This document shows, piece after piece, positions 1 through 12,169 of a DNA stretch of 64,000 nucleotides. Made by a program: the position numbers and the translations under genes. Positions within the stretch are counted from its first letter, which is position 1, and each line of letters begins with the position of its first letter. The DNA is from Podarcis bocagei. Taxonomy: Eukaryota. The stretch is taken from the NCBI GenBank assembly GCA_964188305.1, contig OZ076893.1; one strand, written 5' to 3'. The notes beneath the pieces were generated by a model. That model was not told the origin of the DNA and did no database searches. It saw nothing but the letters and a program-made list of their open reading frames with translations.

Positions 1-170
1 AGAAAAAGGGGGGGGGGAGGAAAAAAACCCTGCAGGAACTCGCAAGACATTTTCGTCTTGCGAAGCAAGCCCATAGGAGATTCGTTTTGCGAAGCACCTC
101 CAAAACGGAAAACTCTTTCGTCTAGCAAGTTTTCCGTCTTGCGAGGCATTCGTCTTGCGGGGCACCACTG
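1..170. mobile_element. Right end of a Tc1/mariner (pogo/Tigger-like) non-autonomous element
   Basis: Ends ...ttcgtcttgcggggcaccactg followed by TA. The sub-terminal motif cgtcttgcg is repeated. The terminus is related to the CAGTGG MITEs elsewhere in the window. Confidence 0.7.
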
Positions 171-1083
171 TATCATGAACACACTGTTGATGCAATTGGT
201 TCTCAGCTAAAGTGGGTATTGAGCACACTAAAGGTTTCTGTGGAAGTCAGAATTTTCAGGTTGTGCTATCTGTTCGGTATAAGTGGGCCTACAACAAATC
301 TGTATTACAGATTGAAGAAAGGGAGGAAAAAACAACTTTCTTGAGTAACACTGGAACTTCCTCAAATAAGACAGACAGAGGTCAAAAGCTGAAGAAGAGA
401 ATGCAGAAGTCTCTTGCTTGATCCCACTGGTTGATATGTTCTGGTAGCACAAAAGAAATGAAGTGCTGGAGGGTGTCAGAACATCTCTTGTCTGCAGAGA
501 GCTTACAAATCTTAGGTGACAGACCACTGAATGGACTTGGCTGCAGGTTGTCAGGCTCCATGAACGAGGTGGATGGGTAAGCTGGCTGTCAATCTACTTG
601 AGCCAGAATCAGGTGACTGTTCCAAAGCAGCCAGGAGTCAAGGTGCTAAGCAGGAGCTGAGAGGGCCAAAGGCAAGTGAATATAGTTGAGGCAGGGATCA
701 AATCCAATGGAACAATTGTGGAAAGAGAGCAGAAACCAAGGCAATGTCCTCAGTGAGACGTACTGAGGAGCAAGCCTTGAGGCAAGGGTTTCCTTGATCC
801 GAGTGGGCACTGATTTGCCCTTGAAATCAGCTGAGCACTCAGTCACCCGGTACTGAAGCCCAGATGGCACTCTCAATGTGCTGAGATCCACCAACCAGGC
901 TTTCAGTAGAAACAGAGTTCTGGTGATGCATGAAGTCCTGGAATCTGGGAGCCCTAATTGGAGAGACACACATCCTCCTCTTTGTGTTTTACACAAAGAG
1001 TAGGCAGCTGAGGGCTAACGGACACTGAAGAAGACCTTGGGATTTTAACTCTAAAATCAGTAAGCAACATGCACATAGCAATA

Positions 1084-1323
1084 CAGTGGTACCTCGGGTT
1101 AAGGACTTAATTCGTTCTGGAGGTCCATTCTTATCCTGAAACTATTCGTAACCTGAGGTACCACTTTAGCTAAAGGATCCTCCCACTCTCGCCGCACCTC
1201 CACCGCGTGATTTATGTTCTCATCCTGAAGCAAAGTTCTTAACCTGAGGTACTATTTCTGGGTTAGCAGTCTGTAACCTGAAGCGTCCGTAACCTGAAGC
1301 GTCTGTAACCCAAGGTACCACTG
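1084..1323. mobile_element. ~240 bp Tc1/mariner-type MITE (CAGTGGTACCT...GGTACCACTG), TA TSD
   Basis: Terminal inverted repeats with TA on both sides. Near-identical copies are at 11653 and 53102. Confidence 0.9.
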
Positions 1324-3129
1324 TACAATGTGTAGTTTTGCAATTTCTCAGTGGTGAGCTATTGGCTACCCTGATAGGTACTGATTGTTTATCAAACCTA
1401 TGTCAGTCTTAAGAAAGGACTCATTTGGATACAAAAAAGAAAGAGAAAAGGTGAAATCATCTGACAACTGTAGAAAAACAAAACCAGTTAAACATTTTGC
1501 AGCCATGCAAATGGAAAGAATATTCCCTTTAGTCTTTAATTAAGACATATGAAGCAGAAAACAAGTTGAAGTAAAGCTACTTTGAATCCTATGATGAAGT
1601 GAAATGAACGATATTTATTTGAACATTTTTATATTTTAGAAAGAGGTTAAAAAAAAAAAAAGAGTCTTACTTTTACTTTGACAGTCAAGTCATAAGGATC
1701 TGTTTAGGATCTGTTCCCACCACTTTAAAAGTTAAGTTTTGCTTCCGAAGCACTCTGAGATCTCTGTGAGTAACTTGTACACAAAATCTGAAAGCACTAC
1801 AATGAAATCCACTGCAAGGAAATATGTCGTGGAACTATTTCAAAACTTATTTGGTTAGGCATCTCCATGTTCACTTGGACATGCAAATCTTTTCCCCCCC
1901 ATAAACTTTTCCCCTGATGTTCAATGAGGTGCCATTGTTTAAACAAAAACAGTTATTCTTTATAGTCTGCTATTCTCAATGTGATGAGTCTGCCTTATGA
2001 TCCGTATAAGTTTAATTAGAAAACTATAGCTGCTTATAATTCACAAAAACTGCATAATTGAAGAGGAAGAAGGGCAACCATCCCTGAGAGTTTAAGTGCT
2101 GAATAAAGTGCTTTCAATGAAAATTTACTGTGAATGCATTTTTTTTATTTTTTAAGAAAAGCAAATCTCGAACAACTAAATGCTACTATCCACAGTTGCA
2201 ACCCTCCCAATATCGCCAGCAAACTACCAACTTGCAACTATAATTCTGGGGTTGTGAGCAGGACCTGCAATGTCCAAACTATGAGGGGGAAAAGCATTGT
2301 AAGTACTGAGAAATGACATTTTACCATATTGTATCTTCATCACTCTGTAGTCCTTTGCACCAGGGCAAAAGAGAGGGGATTCTTATTTCACCCAGATCAA
2401 CGACTTCCCAACTACACACTGTGGGTGGGAGGGGGACATGGGAATAGGAACTGGGAGTGGAAAGAACTGGAAATATGTGCTCTTTAGAGAACTGATCTGC
2501 CTTCTTCCAAAGATACACCTTTTGAGTTGGAGCTGAGCTCTTGTTATGAATATTGGTTGTATTCACAAAGGTTGCACAATTGCAACATGCCCCATTTGTC
2601 TGCAAGATACTGTAAGATTTATGCCTAGAGGAAATCAGAGTTTACCAACCAGGTGCACAGAATTCCTCTTTAGTCTTGAAATTCTCCTAGTATAGATATA
2701 TTTTGACTCTCGCCTGTTCATCTGGGGGAGGTAGCAATCGCATTCGGCAACTGGCAGTGGCAACTGGCAGCCACTATAGCTATACCCAGTATTTCCCAGC
2801 AAGCAAAATGTAATAGCCAGCTAAGGCTACAAGAAGTTGTGGCCATTACTTCTATCCATATGGAGATAGGGAATTAAATGCACTAGCCATAGACTCAACA
2901 ATGCTTCCTCAGTAAAGGAATCACAGCTTGGGTTCCAGCCATTTTCAAAAAACGCTGTCACTCTCCCCTTCCTGGTAGAAAGGGGGGGTGAAAAGACAGC
3001 AAGTGCATTATACTTTTAAAATCACAGATAGCATCACATGGGACGACCCTGCACTAACACTGATCCTGACACCATGCTGATGTGAGCACAGCAATCACAT
3101 CAGCAAGTGTTCCAGTCTATAGTGTAGAT

Positions 3130-3234
3130 TCTGCAGTTTGGTTGTGCATTGCTATGTAACTGACATACAACAGATGTACGTGATGCAGATTGCTTTTACA
3201 TTGGCTACACGGCAATGCACAAGCAATCTGCAGA
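3130..3234. repeat. Imperfect palindrome (hairpin/MITE relic)
   Basis: tctgcagtttggttgtgcattgctatgtaac pairs with gctacacggcaatgcacaagcaatctgcaga. Confidence 0.6.
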
Positions 3235-4340
3235 TTTTCACCCGCGCACACCCAGTCTTAGCTGTGCCTTAGCTGGAAAACAATTTGCAAAAGAGGATTT
3301 TAAAGCTAGTCACATAATAGGGCTTTTAAACATCAAGCCTAGCTGAAAAGCCTTGCTCAGTCCAAGGCATGCACAAAGCTGCTGTATCTAAAACCTTAAA
3401 GAATTAGCTCTGGATGATATTGCCAATATGATTACTTTAGAGTACGAAATATTCTGATCTTTATCTACTATAACATTGAAATGCTTTCTTGGTTATAACC
3501 GTTCCAGTCCTGTTTAATGAAAATGCTGCTTGTTTGTGCCCCTTCATTTCAAAGCCAAATGAACTCATTTTATTATATTTATTATACAGTTTCTTAGAAA
3601 CAATCTCTTGGCCACGCTCCAGCAAAACCAGGAAAAAGGGTAGGACTGGGCAAATGAGAAGAATGGAGCCATGCAAAGCAGAGGGGTGGAATCGACCCAG
3701 TAGTCTAGGATAGCCTTCCCCTGCCACAACTGTGCTGGCTGGGGCTGATGGGAGCTGTATTCCGAAATATCTAGAGGGCACCAGGTTGGGGAAGGCTCCT
3801 GTAGGATTACTTCCACCTCTTGCTCAGTTCCAGGTCTATCCTTCCCCTGGCTTGTTATTCTAGTAGCCATGCTGACAGAAGGTGATAGTCTCCACCACTC
3901 AGAATGACCTAGGTGGGACTGAGCCTCCATTCCCTGGTTGGACTGCATGGGTGGATATATTTTTCTTTCTCTGTAAGAATCCAGCAGAGCAGCTTCCACC
4001 ACAGCATGTCAAGAGCAGCAGGGCATCTATGGTGCTTCACAAGTAAAAGCAGCCTGAGCAGAGAAAGAAAGAAGAATCAACAGGTGCTTAGCTATCACGG
4101 ACCTTTAGGACTGGCACTGCCTCCCTTTGGGGAGGCCCTTGCAGTGGTCCTGTGATTTACAGATGCTCCTCCACTTACCCATCCAAATTGGCATTTCACT
4201 AGTATTAATGTGGAGCAAAACTATGTTATTGGTACTCATCTTGGTAATGTGAAATTTGCTATAGATAAACATGACAGATATTTGGTTTTACAAGAATTCC
4301 TTCAGTAGTATCTTCTGACTTTTTTGTTGTAGATTTAAAA

Positions 4341-4469
4341 CAAAGATAAGAAACCTCTGGCCTTCAGGATGTTGTTGGACTACAACTCCCATCATCCATA
4401 ATCATTGGCCATGCTGGCTGATGGGAGTTGTAGCCCAACACCCAGAGGGCCACAGGTTCTCCACTCCTG
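4341..4469. mobile_element. hAT-type MITE with perfect 8-bp TSD (atttaaaa)
   Basis: TSD at 4333-4340 and 4470-4477. Internal palindrome ctacaactcccatc/gatgggagttgtag. Relatives occur near 3710, 7972, 16759, 32710 and 61730. Confidence 0.85.
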
Positions 4470-4709
4470 ATTTAAAAGGTACTTTTCATCATCCTGCTTC
4501 ATTTGCTGCTTTCCCTTTTTATATTGTTTACTTGTGTGACTAGTGTAACATGTGAACCAAAATCCATGGATTTCAGCCACAGAAACATTAATGCTCTCTG
4601 AAACTTCAGATTTTCCCCATGAGATGACTAGAGTTGCTGTGGCCCAAACTATATTTTGCTCATATAAAGAAATGCAAAGTAATGTGTCGCAGCAGGAGGG
4701 AGAAACTCC

Positions 4710-4994
4710 CTGGATTCTTCAGCTTGACTCATCTCTGCCTCTTGGCCTCCTTTCTCTCTTGCTTTAGCTTTTGACTCCAATTCTGTACTTTTCTGTGCCG
4801 TAGAGTCTCCCTGCTCACTAAACCCTGTTACCTCTTCAGCTTCCGACATATCCTCCTCCCAGTCTGCTCCCTCTTCTCCCTCTGACCACTCTGGGTCACC
4901 CCACGACCAACCCCTGGGCTCTGAGCCTTCTTCCCTTGGGGGTTCCCCAGCTGGTCTCTCCCACCATTCCTCCGTGTCTAGCTAGCCCATGACA
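4710..4994 (-). mobile_element. Probable partial LTR (begins TGTCATGGG on the minus strand)
   Basis: Abrupt GC/purine-rich block starting with a TG terminus. The other end and a TSD were not identified. Confidence 0.4.
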
Positions 4995-5871
4995 TATCAA
5001 GTCTTCTTGAAAATATCTCATGACCAGATATAATTTAGTTTTGTTCCTAAAGATGGAATTCTCATTTAATCACCTTTTAGGACACCCTAGCATCACTTTG
5101 CTGCAGGAGTGTGGTTTTATAGTTCTAGAAATCATGTTCTGCACTTCAAACTGAAAATTGGGTTGAAGACCTTTTAGACCTGTACATTAAAGAATGAATC
5201 ATGTATTACAGGAAGGATAAATTTGAGAAATGTAATGCAATCTGGCAACCTTTTCTAGAATTGTTCTCTAATTGATTGTTCATCTTCTGCTGAAGTCTCA
5301 CAGTACTCAACATATATTCCCTCTCTTTCCGCCAGTTTATTATTTTCCCATTACATTAAAACTGTCTTTCTCAAAACCAACAGTTTCTGAGGAACATTGA
5401 TTGGGAAAAGATATCAGGAAGGCCCATAAATCAGGAGATTAAAAAACCCCCTGCCACCTTCAATTGCAGTATCTTCAATTGCAACATTGATGTTTCTGTT
5501 ACTCTCCTATTAATAATCCTAAAATTAACAGAATGTTGATATGGTGTGGTAAATCAGGATCTGTGCACATGGAGGGAGAACTAGATACTGCTTCTTGGTA
5601 TCTATAAGGAACCCCTAATATCTAATCTGGTCCCCTAGGAAAATGGCACAAACGGAATGTGAATTCAAATAAGAAGATATACAAATCAACCCAGCTGGTC
5701 AATTTACATCATGATTCTACATGCCAGATTGCATTGTGCTCACAGCGAAAGGATTGTTTAAACAGCGAAGTTTGCATACAAACCGCCATTTTGTCTACTG
5801 CTGCAAACCTTCCTAATACGGGTCAACCAGTGGCAGGTAGAATTTGTGATCTGTACTTGAGACAAATGCTT

Positions 5872-6016
5872 CAGATGACAGCTCAGCTGATAGAGGATGA
5901 GGCTCTTAATCTCAGGGTCGTGTGTTTGAGCCCCACATTGGGCAAAATATTCCAGCATTGCCGGGTGTTGGACTAAATGACCCTTGCGGTCCCTTCCAAC
6001 TCTACAATTCTATGAT
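5872..6016 (+). mobile_element. tRNA-Lys(CTT)-derived SINE with CR1-like 3' tail
   Basis: Head gctcagctgatagaggatgaggctcttaatctcagggtcgtgtgtttgagccccacattgggc is a degenerate tRNA-Lys. Tail is ggactaaatgacccttgcggtcccttccaactctacaattctatgat. Confidence 0.8.
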
Positions 6017-7924
6017 CCAATCATCTGGATAGTGGTGAAAAACCACCCGGCTGAAAAATACAGACACAAAGTTGCCTGTGCGAAACAACCAGTCATTTTC
6101 TCTGACTCAGCCGAGTTGTAGTTCCTCCCATTCTGAACCCAACACGTATTCATGCATGAGAAGACTATCTCAGTCCACGCAGCAAAAAACCCATTTCATT
6201 CTCCATTATGAATTAGAACACCATTTGCTTCTGCGTTTCTTCACTGTGGTTACACAGAGTTGTTTAATAGCATTACAGTGGCACAGTCTGGTTTCAATAC
6301 ATGTCCTGTTCTTTCTCCTATCACAGAACTGACTGCCAATTCTTTCTGATTACCCTTTTTCACAGAGGATGGGCCTATTCGTTCTTCCCTTGCTCCCAGA
6401 GGAAGAGGACACTTTCTTTCTCAGAATCAATGGTCTGATGGCAGCTGCTTTAAACTGTAAACTTCCAGATGGGGTTGACTATAAAGAGCAGAGCTTCGTT
6501 AGCATATTTACACTAGATTGACGGAATCTAGCCTTAACTCATCTACCTCTCATAAAGATTCTGACATTTTTATTCAGTTTGAGAAATCAAATGGAAATCA
6601 GTGGGACTCCAGCATGCCCAAAGTACTACTCAGTATACAAGAGGATTTTTCGGTATAATTTTAATGTAAGTACCCGGTACCTGTTGCATTTACATATTCA
6701 TATGCCACTTAAAAAAAAGAGGGGAATGAGAGTGATTCCCAATATGAAAAACACATTTACTTTTTTTAAAAGTCATGACCACAACCCAGGACAGAATCAG
6801 TTGAACTTAATTTAGTTAATTCAATAATCTTAAGTATTACCAAACCTGTTGGATTCTAAGTAGCCCTTAGCTAAAACCTGCAGGGGGTTGGACTAGATGA
6901 CCCTTGTGGATCTCTTCCAACTCTACAATACTACACTTATCTGAGTCTATTAAAATATACATTATGGCTGTAACAGTAAATACTTAGCCATGCTCAGTTG
7001 TAACCATGCTTAAAAGCATTTGTTCACATACATCCATTGTTACTCTTTGTTTTCCCTTTCTCAGTTGTTGCTATCAAAATTTAGACAGTAAGGTCCTTGG
7101 GGGAAGGGACTTTGCTTATGGAAATCTGCAAAATGCCATTACACTGATGGCAGTGAATTATTATTAATAAACAAGATGTACAAACAGTATATTAAGAAGA
7201 GCACACCAGAAGGAAGGGAAACACTCCTTGTGATTTGAAGGCCCCAGACTGCTGAGAGAAAACAAAACATGAACAGCAAGGGCAGCAATGGACATTGGCA
7301 TGAGGAACGTGTTTTCCCAGGACACTGTGTATTACAAGTTGTTGCCCACAACATTTCTAAAAGGAACATAAATAAATGTTTCTACCATTAGAAGTAGAAC
7401 AACAGGATGCAACATGCAATGGGTAATATTGCTTCCCTCCTTTCAGAGAGATTTCTTCACCAACCCAACGGGATTGGCTGTCTGAGGTCATCCTCACAGA
7501 AAGGCCTAAGAAAAGATGATAAGCCCTGGGAATCTTCCACTGTAACCAGTCCTTTTAAAAATAATTCAAGTAGCTGAACACACACTTTTTTTTGTATGTG
7601 CCAGTCACAACAATAATTTCCCAAATTAATCACAGACACACAATGCAAGCATTTCAGTCCTTGGTTTAATCTGATCTTGATTCTCCTGGGCAACGAAATG
7701 TCCACAGACATCAAAGCTAGACATGAGAGTTGAAAGGATTAATTGCTCAGATGTCTATAGAATTAAATCCTCTTCGGGCACTATAGTTGTAAGAAGCAAT
7801 ACAGTACAGCTGGGGCTGCACAGGAGATCAGCACTGTCAATGTGTAAGGAGCTTCCACTGAAAACACAAAGGTTCCCTCTGCAGATGTTCACTAATCATG
7901 CAAGAAGCCAGGAAAAACATAGAC

Positions 7925-8230
7925 TCTTATGCAGTCAGACCATTGGTTCATTTAGCTTAGTAATTTTTCTACAGGTATGGCATCTTCCAGATGTTGTTGG
8001 TCTTCCATCAGCCCCAGCCAGCTTGACTAACGCTCAAGACTGATGGGAGCGGCAGCCCAGCAGCATTTGAAGGGCCCCTGTTGACTACCCTTGGTCTACC
8101 TATGCTGACTGGCAGAGGGTCTCCAGGATTTCAGACAGGAGTCTTTCCTAGCTCTACCTAGATATGCCAGGAATTGAACCAGAGACCTTCTGCTTCAAAT
8201 GAAGATGTTCTACCAACCAGCTGCACTCCT
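7925..8230 (-). mobile_element. tRNA-derived squamate SINE (Squam3-like) interrupted by a hAT-type MITE (~7972-8093)
   Basis: The reverse complement matches the SINE at 51727. The inserted block resembles the 4341 MITE. Confidence 0.6.
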
Positions 8231-8524
8231 TATGGGATGAACATTAAGGCTAAGCATTGCAACCTCAGTATATCTTAGAGAAATAAAACCTGAGGTTAGC
8301 TAGTTTTCTTTGTGGATTTTAAAATAATTCATTCAGTACCTTTGATCCCCACAGGTTACAGAGCACCCATGATCAGTGGCTCCTTCCACCTATTCATGTA
8401 GAGAATGATAATAACCTCAGGCTATCCACAGGGTGGCCAAACTATACACAGAAGAAACAATGTTGGTGCAAATATCCCTGCACCACGACACACCGTTATT
8501 TGCAAGTACACCTTTCCACAACTC

Positions 8525-8746
8525 TGCTTTTGGACTAACATGCCAATAAGCAAGCACAAAAAGTCCTCATGCAGTAGTGCATGCAGTAGCCAAATGTTAT
8601 TTATGTAAAGTACACACCATCACTATTTCACAACACTTGAATTAGTGATGGCGTGTACTTTACATAAATAACATTTGACATGACCATAGGGCATCACTGC
8701 ATGAGGACTTTTTGTGCTTGCATGTTGGCATTTTAGTCCAAAAGCA
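8525..8746. repeat. ~220 bp near-perfect palindrome
   Basis: Arms of ~105 bp (tgcttttggactaa...tacacaccatcactatttca / tgaattagtgatggcgtgta...ttagtccaaaagca) surround a ~7-nt loop. Confidence 0.85.
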
Positions 8747-8772
8747 ATTTCACATGTACTATACACCTGAAT

Positions 8773-9118
8773 GGAACGTGGGTGGCACTGTGGGTTAAAC
8801 CACAGAGCCTAGGGCTTGCCGATAAGAAGGTTGGCGGTTCTAATCCCCACGAAGGGGTGAGCTCCCATTGCTTGGTCCCTGCTCCTGCCAACCTAGCAGT
8901 TCGAAAGCACAAAGTGCAAGTAGATAAACAGGTACCACTCCAGCGGGAAGGTAAACAGCGTTTCCGTGTGCTGCTCTGGTTCGCCAGAAGCAGCTTAGTC
9001 ATGCTGGCCACATGACCCAGAAGCTCTATGCTGGCTCCCTCGGCCAATAAAGCGAGATGAGTGCCGCAACCCCAGAGTCGTCCGCGACTGGACCTTATGG
9101 TCAGGGGTCCCTTTACCT
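8773..9118 (+). mobile_element. Sauria-type SINE, full length, 13-bp TSD (tatacac[c/t]tgaat)
   Basis: tRNA-like head with A/B boxes and ...cctttacct tail. TSD at 8760-8772 and 9119-9131. Confidence 0.9.
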
Positions 9119-9600
9119 TATACACTTGAATATTCAGGGAGCTTGCAACCACATGTTCATGTGGAATACATGTATATAGCAGATTACAGTGTCACAGTGT
9201 ACACCTCCTGTATTTATATTGTACACTTTTAATCCATGAAGTGTGTCCTCTGTTGCTATACAATACATAATGTGGATTATTAGTGCACAAAAGTAGTGGA
9301 ATGTAATGCTAAACTACTTACATTCTAACTTCCCACAATGTTTAAAACACACACACACACACAGGCACACTTCCACTGAGTCTAGTTTCCAGGTGCAATC
9401 TGCAAAGTAGTTACACTTCTCTAAATGGCCCTGACTATTAAAACTGAAACAGGAAACACAGGAAAGCAAAGTTAAATAGGGGAAATACTTGATTGCTTCA
9501 CAGTATGATTCTGCATGCATTTACTTGGAAGTAACTGCCAGTGTGTTGAATGAAGCCTGTTACACATGCTTACAGTAGCTATGTGTATGGGGGTTGTGCT

Positions 9601-9733
9601 CATGGGAATAGCCAGGATCTTTGTTAGGGGGGCAGGCTTTTGTTGGGGGTGGCAGAACCTCAGTTAGTGATGTGTTTTTCTTGATGGGGGAGGGGCAGCT
9701 GCCCACTGCCCCCCCCCCTTGGCTACACTCATG
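9601..9733. mobile_element. Short hAT-type MITE
   Basis: TIR catgggaatagcca / tggctacactcatg. Flanks gttgtgct / gttgtgtc form a degenerate 8-bp TSD. Confidence 0.65.
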
Positions 9734-9826
9734 GTTGTGTCAAGGGCTTCACTGAAAAGGTGGGTGTTGAGGAGGGTCTGTGGGTGCCAGACCCAAACTT
9801 GAGAAGCCACTGTAAATGCTAATAGC

Positions 9827-12071
9827 CCTGATGCTATTCCATCTGAACTGATCAAAGCCAAGCCAGAGTGGTGGGCTCCGATACTAGCAGAACTATTCAC
9901 TATGATAGATAGCTCTGGTACCATACCTAACTCATGGCAGCAATCTATAATTATCCCAGTCTTTAAAAAGGGTGGCAAAAAGCTGCCATCCAATTATCAG
10001 CCAATAAGTCTACTGTCAAACATCTGGAAATTGTATGCTAAACATCTGTTAAATAAACTAACTACTTGGCTTGATGGGAATAACATCATAGGTCCAGAGC
10101 AGGCAGGGTTCAGGCCAGGGAAATCTACAGTACTTTACGCAACTGTTTGGTGTTATCTCATTTAGCCACCAAGTACACACGGCTTCATAAAGAATGTCTT
10201 TATGTGGCCTTCCTTGATATGAAGGCTGCTTTTGACACTGTCGACAGGGGGCTGGTATGGTCCAAATTGGAGACGATTGGCCTAGAACCTAGATTACTTT
10301 ACTTGATCAAAAAGCTTCACATAAAGAACACCTGTCGCATAAGAACAACAGCAGGGAATGTAATGACAGAGCCTGTCATTATAAACAGAGGAGTAAAGCA
10401 GGGCTGTGTACTCGCTCCCTCTCTTTTTAACCTTTTTCTTAACAACCTTGCTTCTTTACTAAAACAGGTGGATGCCCACAGCCCAAAACTCAATGCATCA
10501 AGCATTCCTGTCCTTCTATACGCAGATGATGTGATTTTGCTTTCACGGACAAGAATTGGCCTAAAATGTTTGTTAAATTCCTGTATTGACTATCTGTCCA
10601 GAATGAAATTGTGCATGAACTTTAATAAAAGCAAGATAATGTTTTTTTGGGAATTCACGCAAATGTTATAGCTGGGTATTTGGTGGAAAACCCATCCAGC
10701 AGGTATTCGAATTCAACTACCTGGGAATCACATTCCATCATAGGCTTCTATGGTCCTTGCACTGTGCAATAGCGGTGAATGCCAGTAAGATGTCTACGCA
10801 GGCCATAATGCGTTTCTTTATAACAAGAGGTAATTCGCATATCCCCTCTGCCCTCAAGGTCTTCAACGCCAAAATTATAGCTCAGTTGCTCTACGGAATT
10901 CCAGTCTGGCTGCCAGGGTTTACCCAGCTAGTAGAACAAGTGCAGGCAGCTTTCCTTTTTAAGATTTTTGCTGTCCCACGTTGTGTACCCTATGCAGCCT
11001 TCTGTCTAGAGGGAGGTCAACACAAGGTAGAGAGACCGTAGCCTGGGCAAGATTTCTTACATGCTGGTTAAACATCTGCCTCACAACAGATAAAGATCCT
11101 CTCCTTAGTGAAGTTTTGCTAGATCCCTTTCTTTCCCCAGGTTTAACAATGGTTTAACATAAAGGTACAGCAACTTGGGCTGTCAGTTGGATTTTTGCGA
11201 TCGTTGTCCCCACCATCTGCCAAGGCTATAATAAAAACCAGGTTGTGGGACACTGAACGCCAGGAACTGACAGCCGCAGCAGAGAAAACATGTTCCCCTC
11301 TTAACTTTCAGCTTTCTTGGGCACATGAAATTAACCTCCATTATCTTGAATTTTTGCTTAATCCTCAGGAAAGAAGGGCATTTTCACTGGCCAGGTTTAA
11401 TTCAAATCCTTCAAACCTCCTATGGGGAAGGTTCTCGAGAATGGTGGAAGGAGAAAGAATTTGCCCATGTGAAGACCATCAGGTGGAAGCTCTTAAACAT
11501 ATGGTTCTTAAATGTAAACTATATGTTGATCTCCGCCAGCAGTTCCTTGATCAACTCTGCATCCCCAAATGGAAACCGGAGTTAGAGGTCATACGATTTC
11601 TATTACTGGGGAATAATCAGGAGCTCAGCAAGTTAGTGGCTAACTATCTTTACAGTGGTACCTCGGGTTAAGTACTTAATTCATTCCAGAGGTCCGTTCT
11701 TAACCTGAATCTGTTCTTAACCTGAAGCACCACTTAAGGTAATGGGGCCTCCCGCCGCCGGAGCACGATTTCTGTTCTCATCCTGAAGCAAAGTTCTTAA
11801 CCCGAGGTACTATTTCTGGGTTAGCGGAGTCTGTAACCTGAAGCGTATGTAACCTGAAGCGTATGTAACCTGAGGTACCACTGTATTTGGTTTTTTGTCG
11901 TCGAAACACATTGCAGACGTCTGATCTCCCTGAAGACCTAGAGATGTAATGTTAGACTGCTTTGCCTCTTTCATTTGACAAATGTTTTGTGTCACTGGGA
12001 AGGCGGTAATTCTGTATTGATTTGCTTTGGATGTCTGTATGTGATACCAATAAAAGGTTTGAGAATTGAAT
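9827..12071 (+). mobile_element. 5'-truncated non-LTR retrotransposon (RTE-X/L2-group-like), frameshifted RT plus C-terminal Cys/His motif
   Basis: RT motifs (NYQPISLL, QAGFR, FLDMKAAFD, GVKQGCVLAPSLF, LLYADD) are spread over ORFs 9902, 10147, 10757 and 11195. C-terminal motif RICPC..E..KHMVLKC. 3' end AATAAA plus gaatt repeats. Candidate TSD taatagc at 9820-9826 and 12072-12078. The clade is uncertain. Confidence 0.9.
11653..11883. mobile_element. Tc1/mariner-type MITE nested in the LINE ORF end
   Basis: CAGTGGTACC...GGTACCACTG termini with TA TSD. Same family as the 1084 copy. Confidence 0.9.
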
Positions 12072-12169
12072 TAATAGCTGCGAAGTTTTACCACGCAGTG
12101 TTTTCAAGCTTCACAGAGATCTTCAGGCAGACTTGGAAGTTTCTGACAGAACTCTGTGTGAGTTGGAAG

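Noticed and set aside
549-1030. Possible LTR-like block starting TGTCAGG
   Set aside because: No matching CA terminus or TSD could be defined.
1727-1812. Possible Rab exon 2 (minus strand ccttgcag|TGGATTTCATT..., giving V-D-F-I)
   Set aside because: Splicing would remove the conserved Gly of TVG. There is no KLQIW-like end, and a stop follows after ~26 codons.
2321-2400. Minus-strand ...ATATG|gtaa resembling the 'IW' end of a Rab exon 2
   Set aside because: The in-frame upstream peptide (LQSDEDTIW) lacks xDF and KLQ similarity and has no suitable acceptor.
5872-5950. tRNA-Lys gene
   Set aside because: Stems and T-loop are mutated and the head is fused to a LINE-like tail, so it is a SINE.
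10147-10671. Functional reverse transcriptase gene
   Set aside because: Part of a 5'-truncated LINE broken by frameshifts, stops and a MITE insertion.
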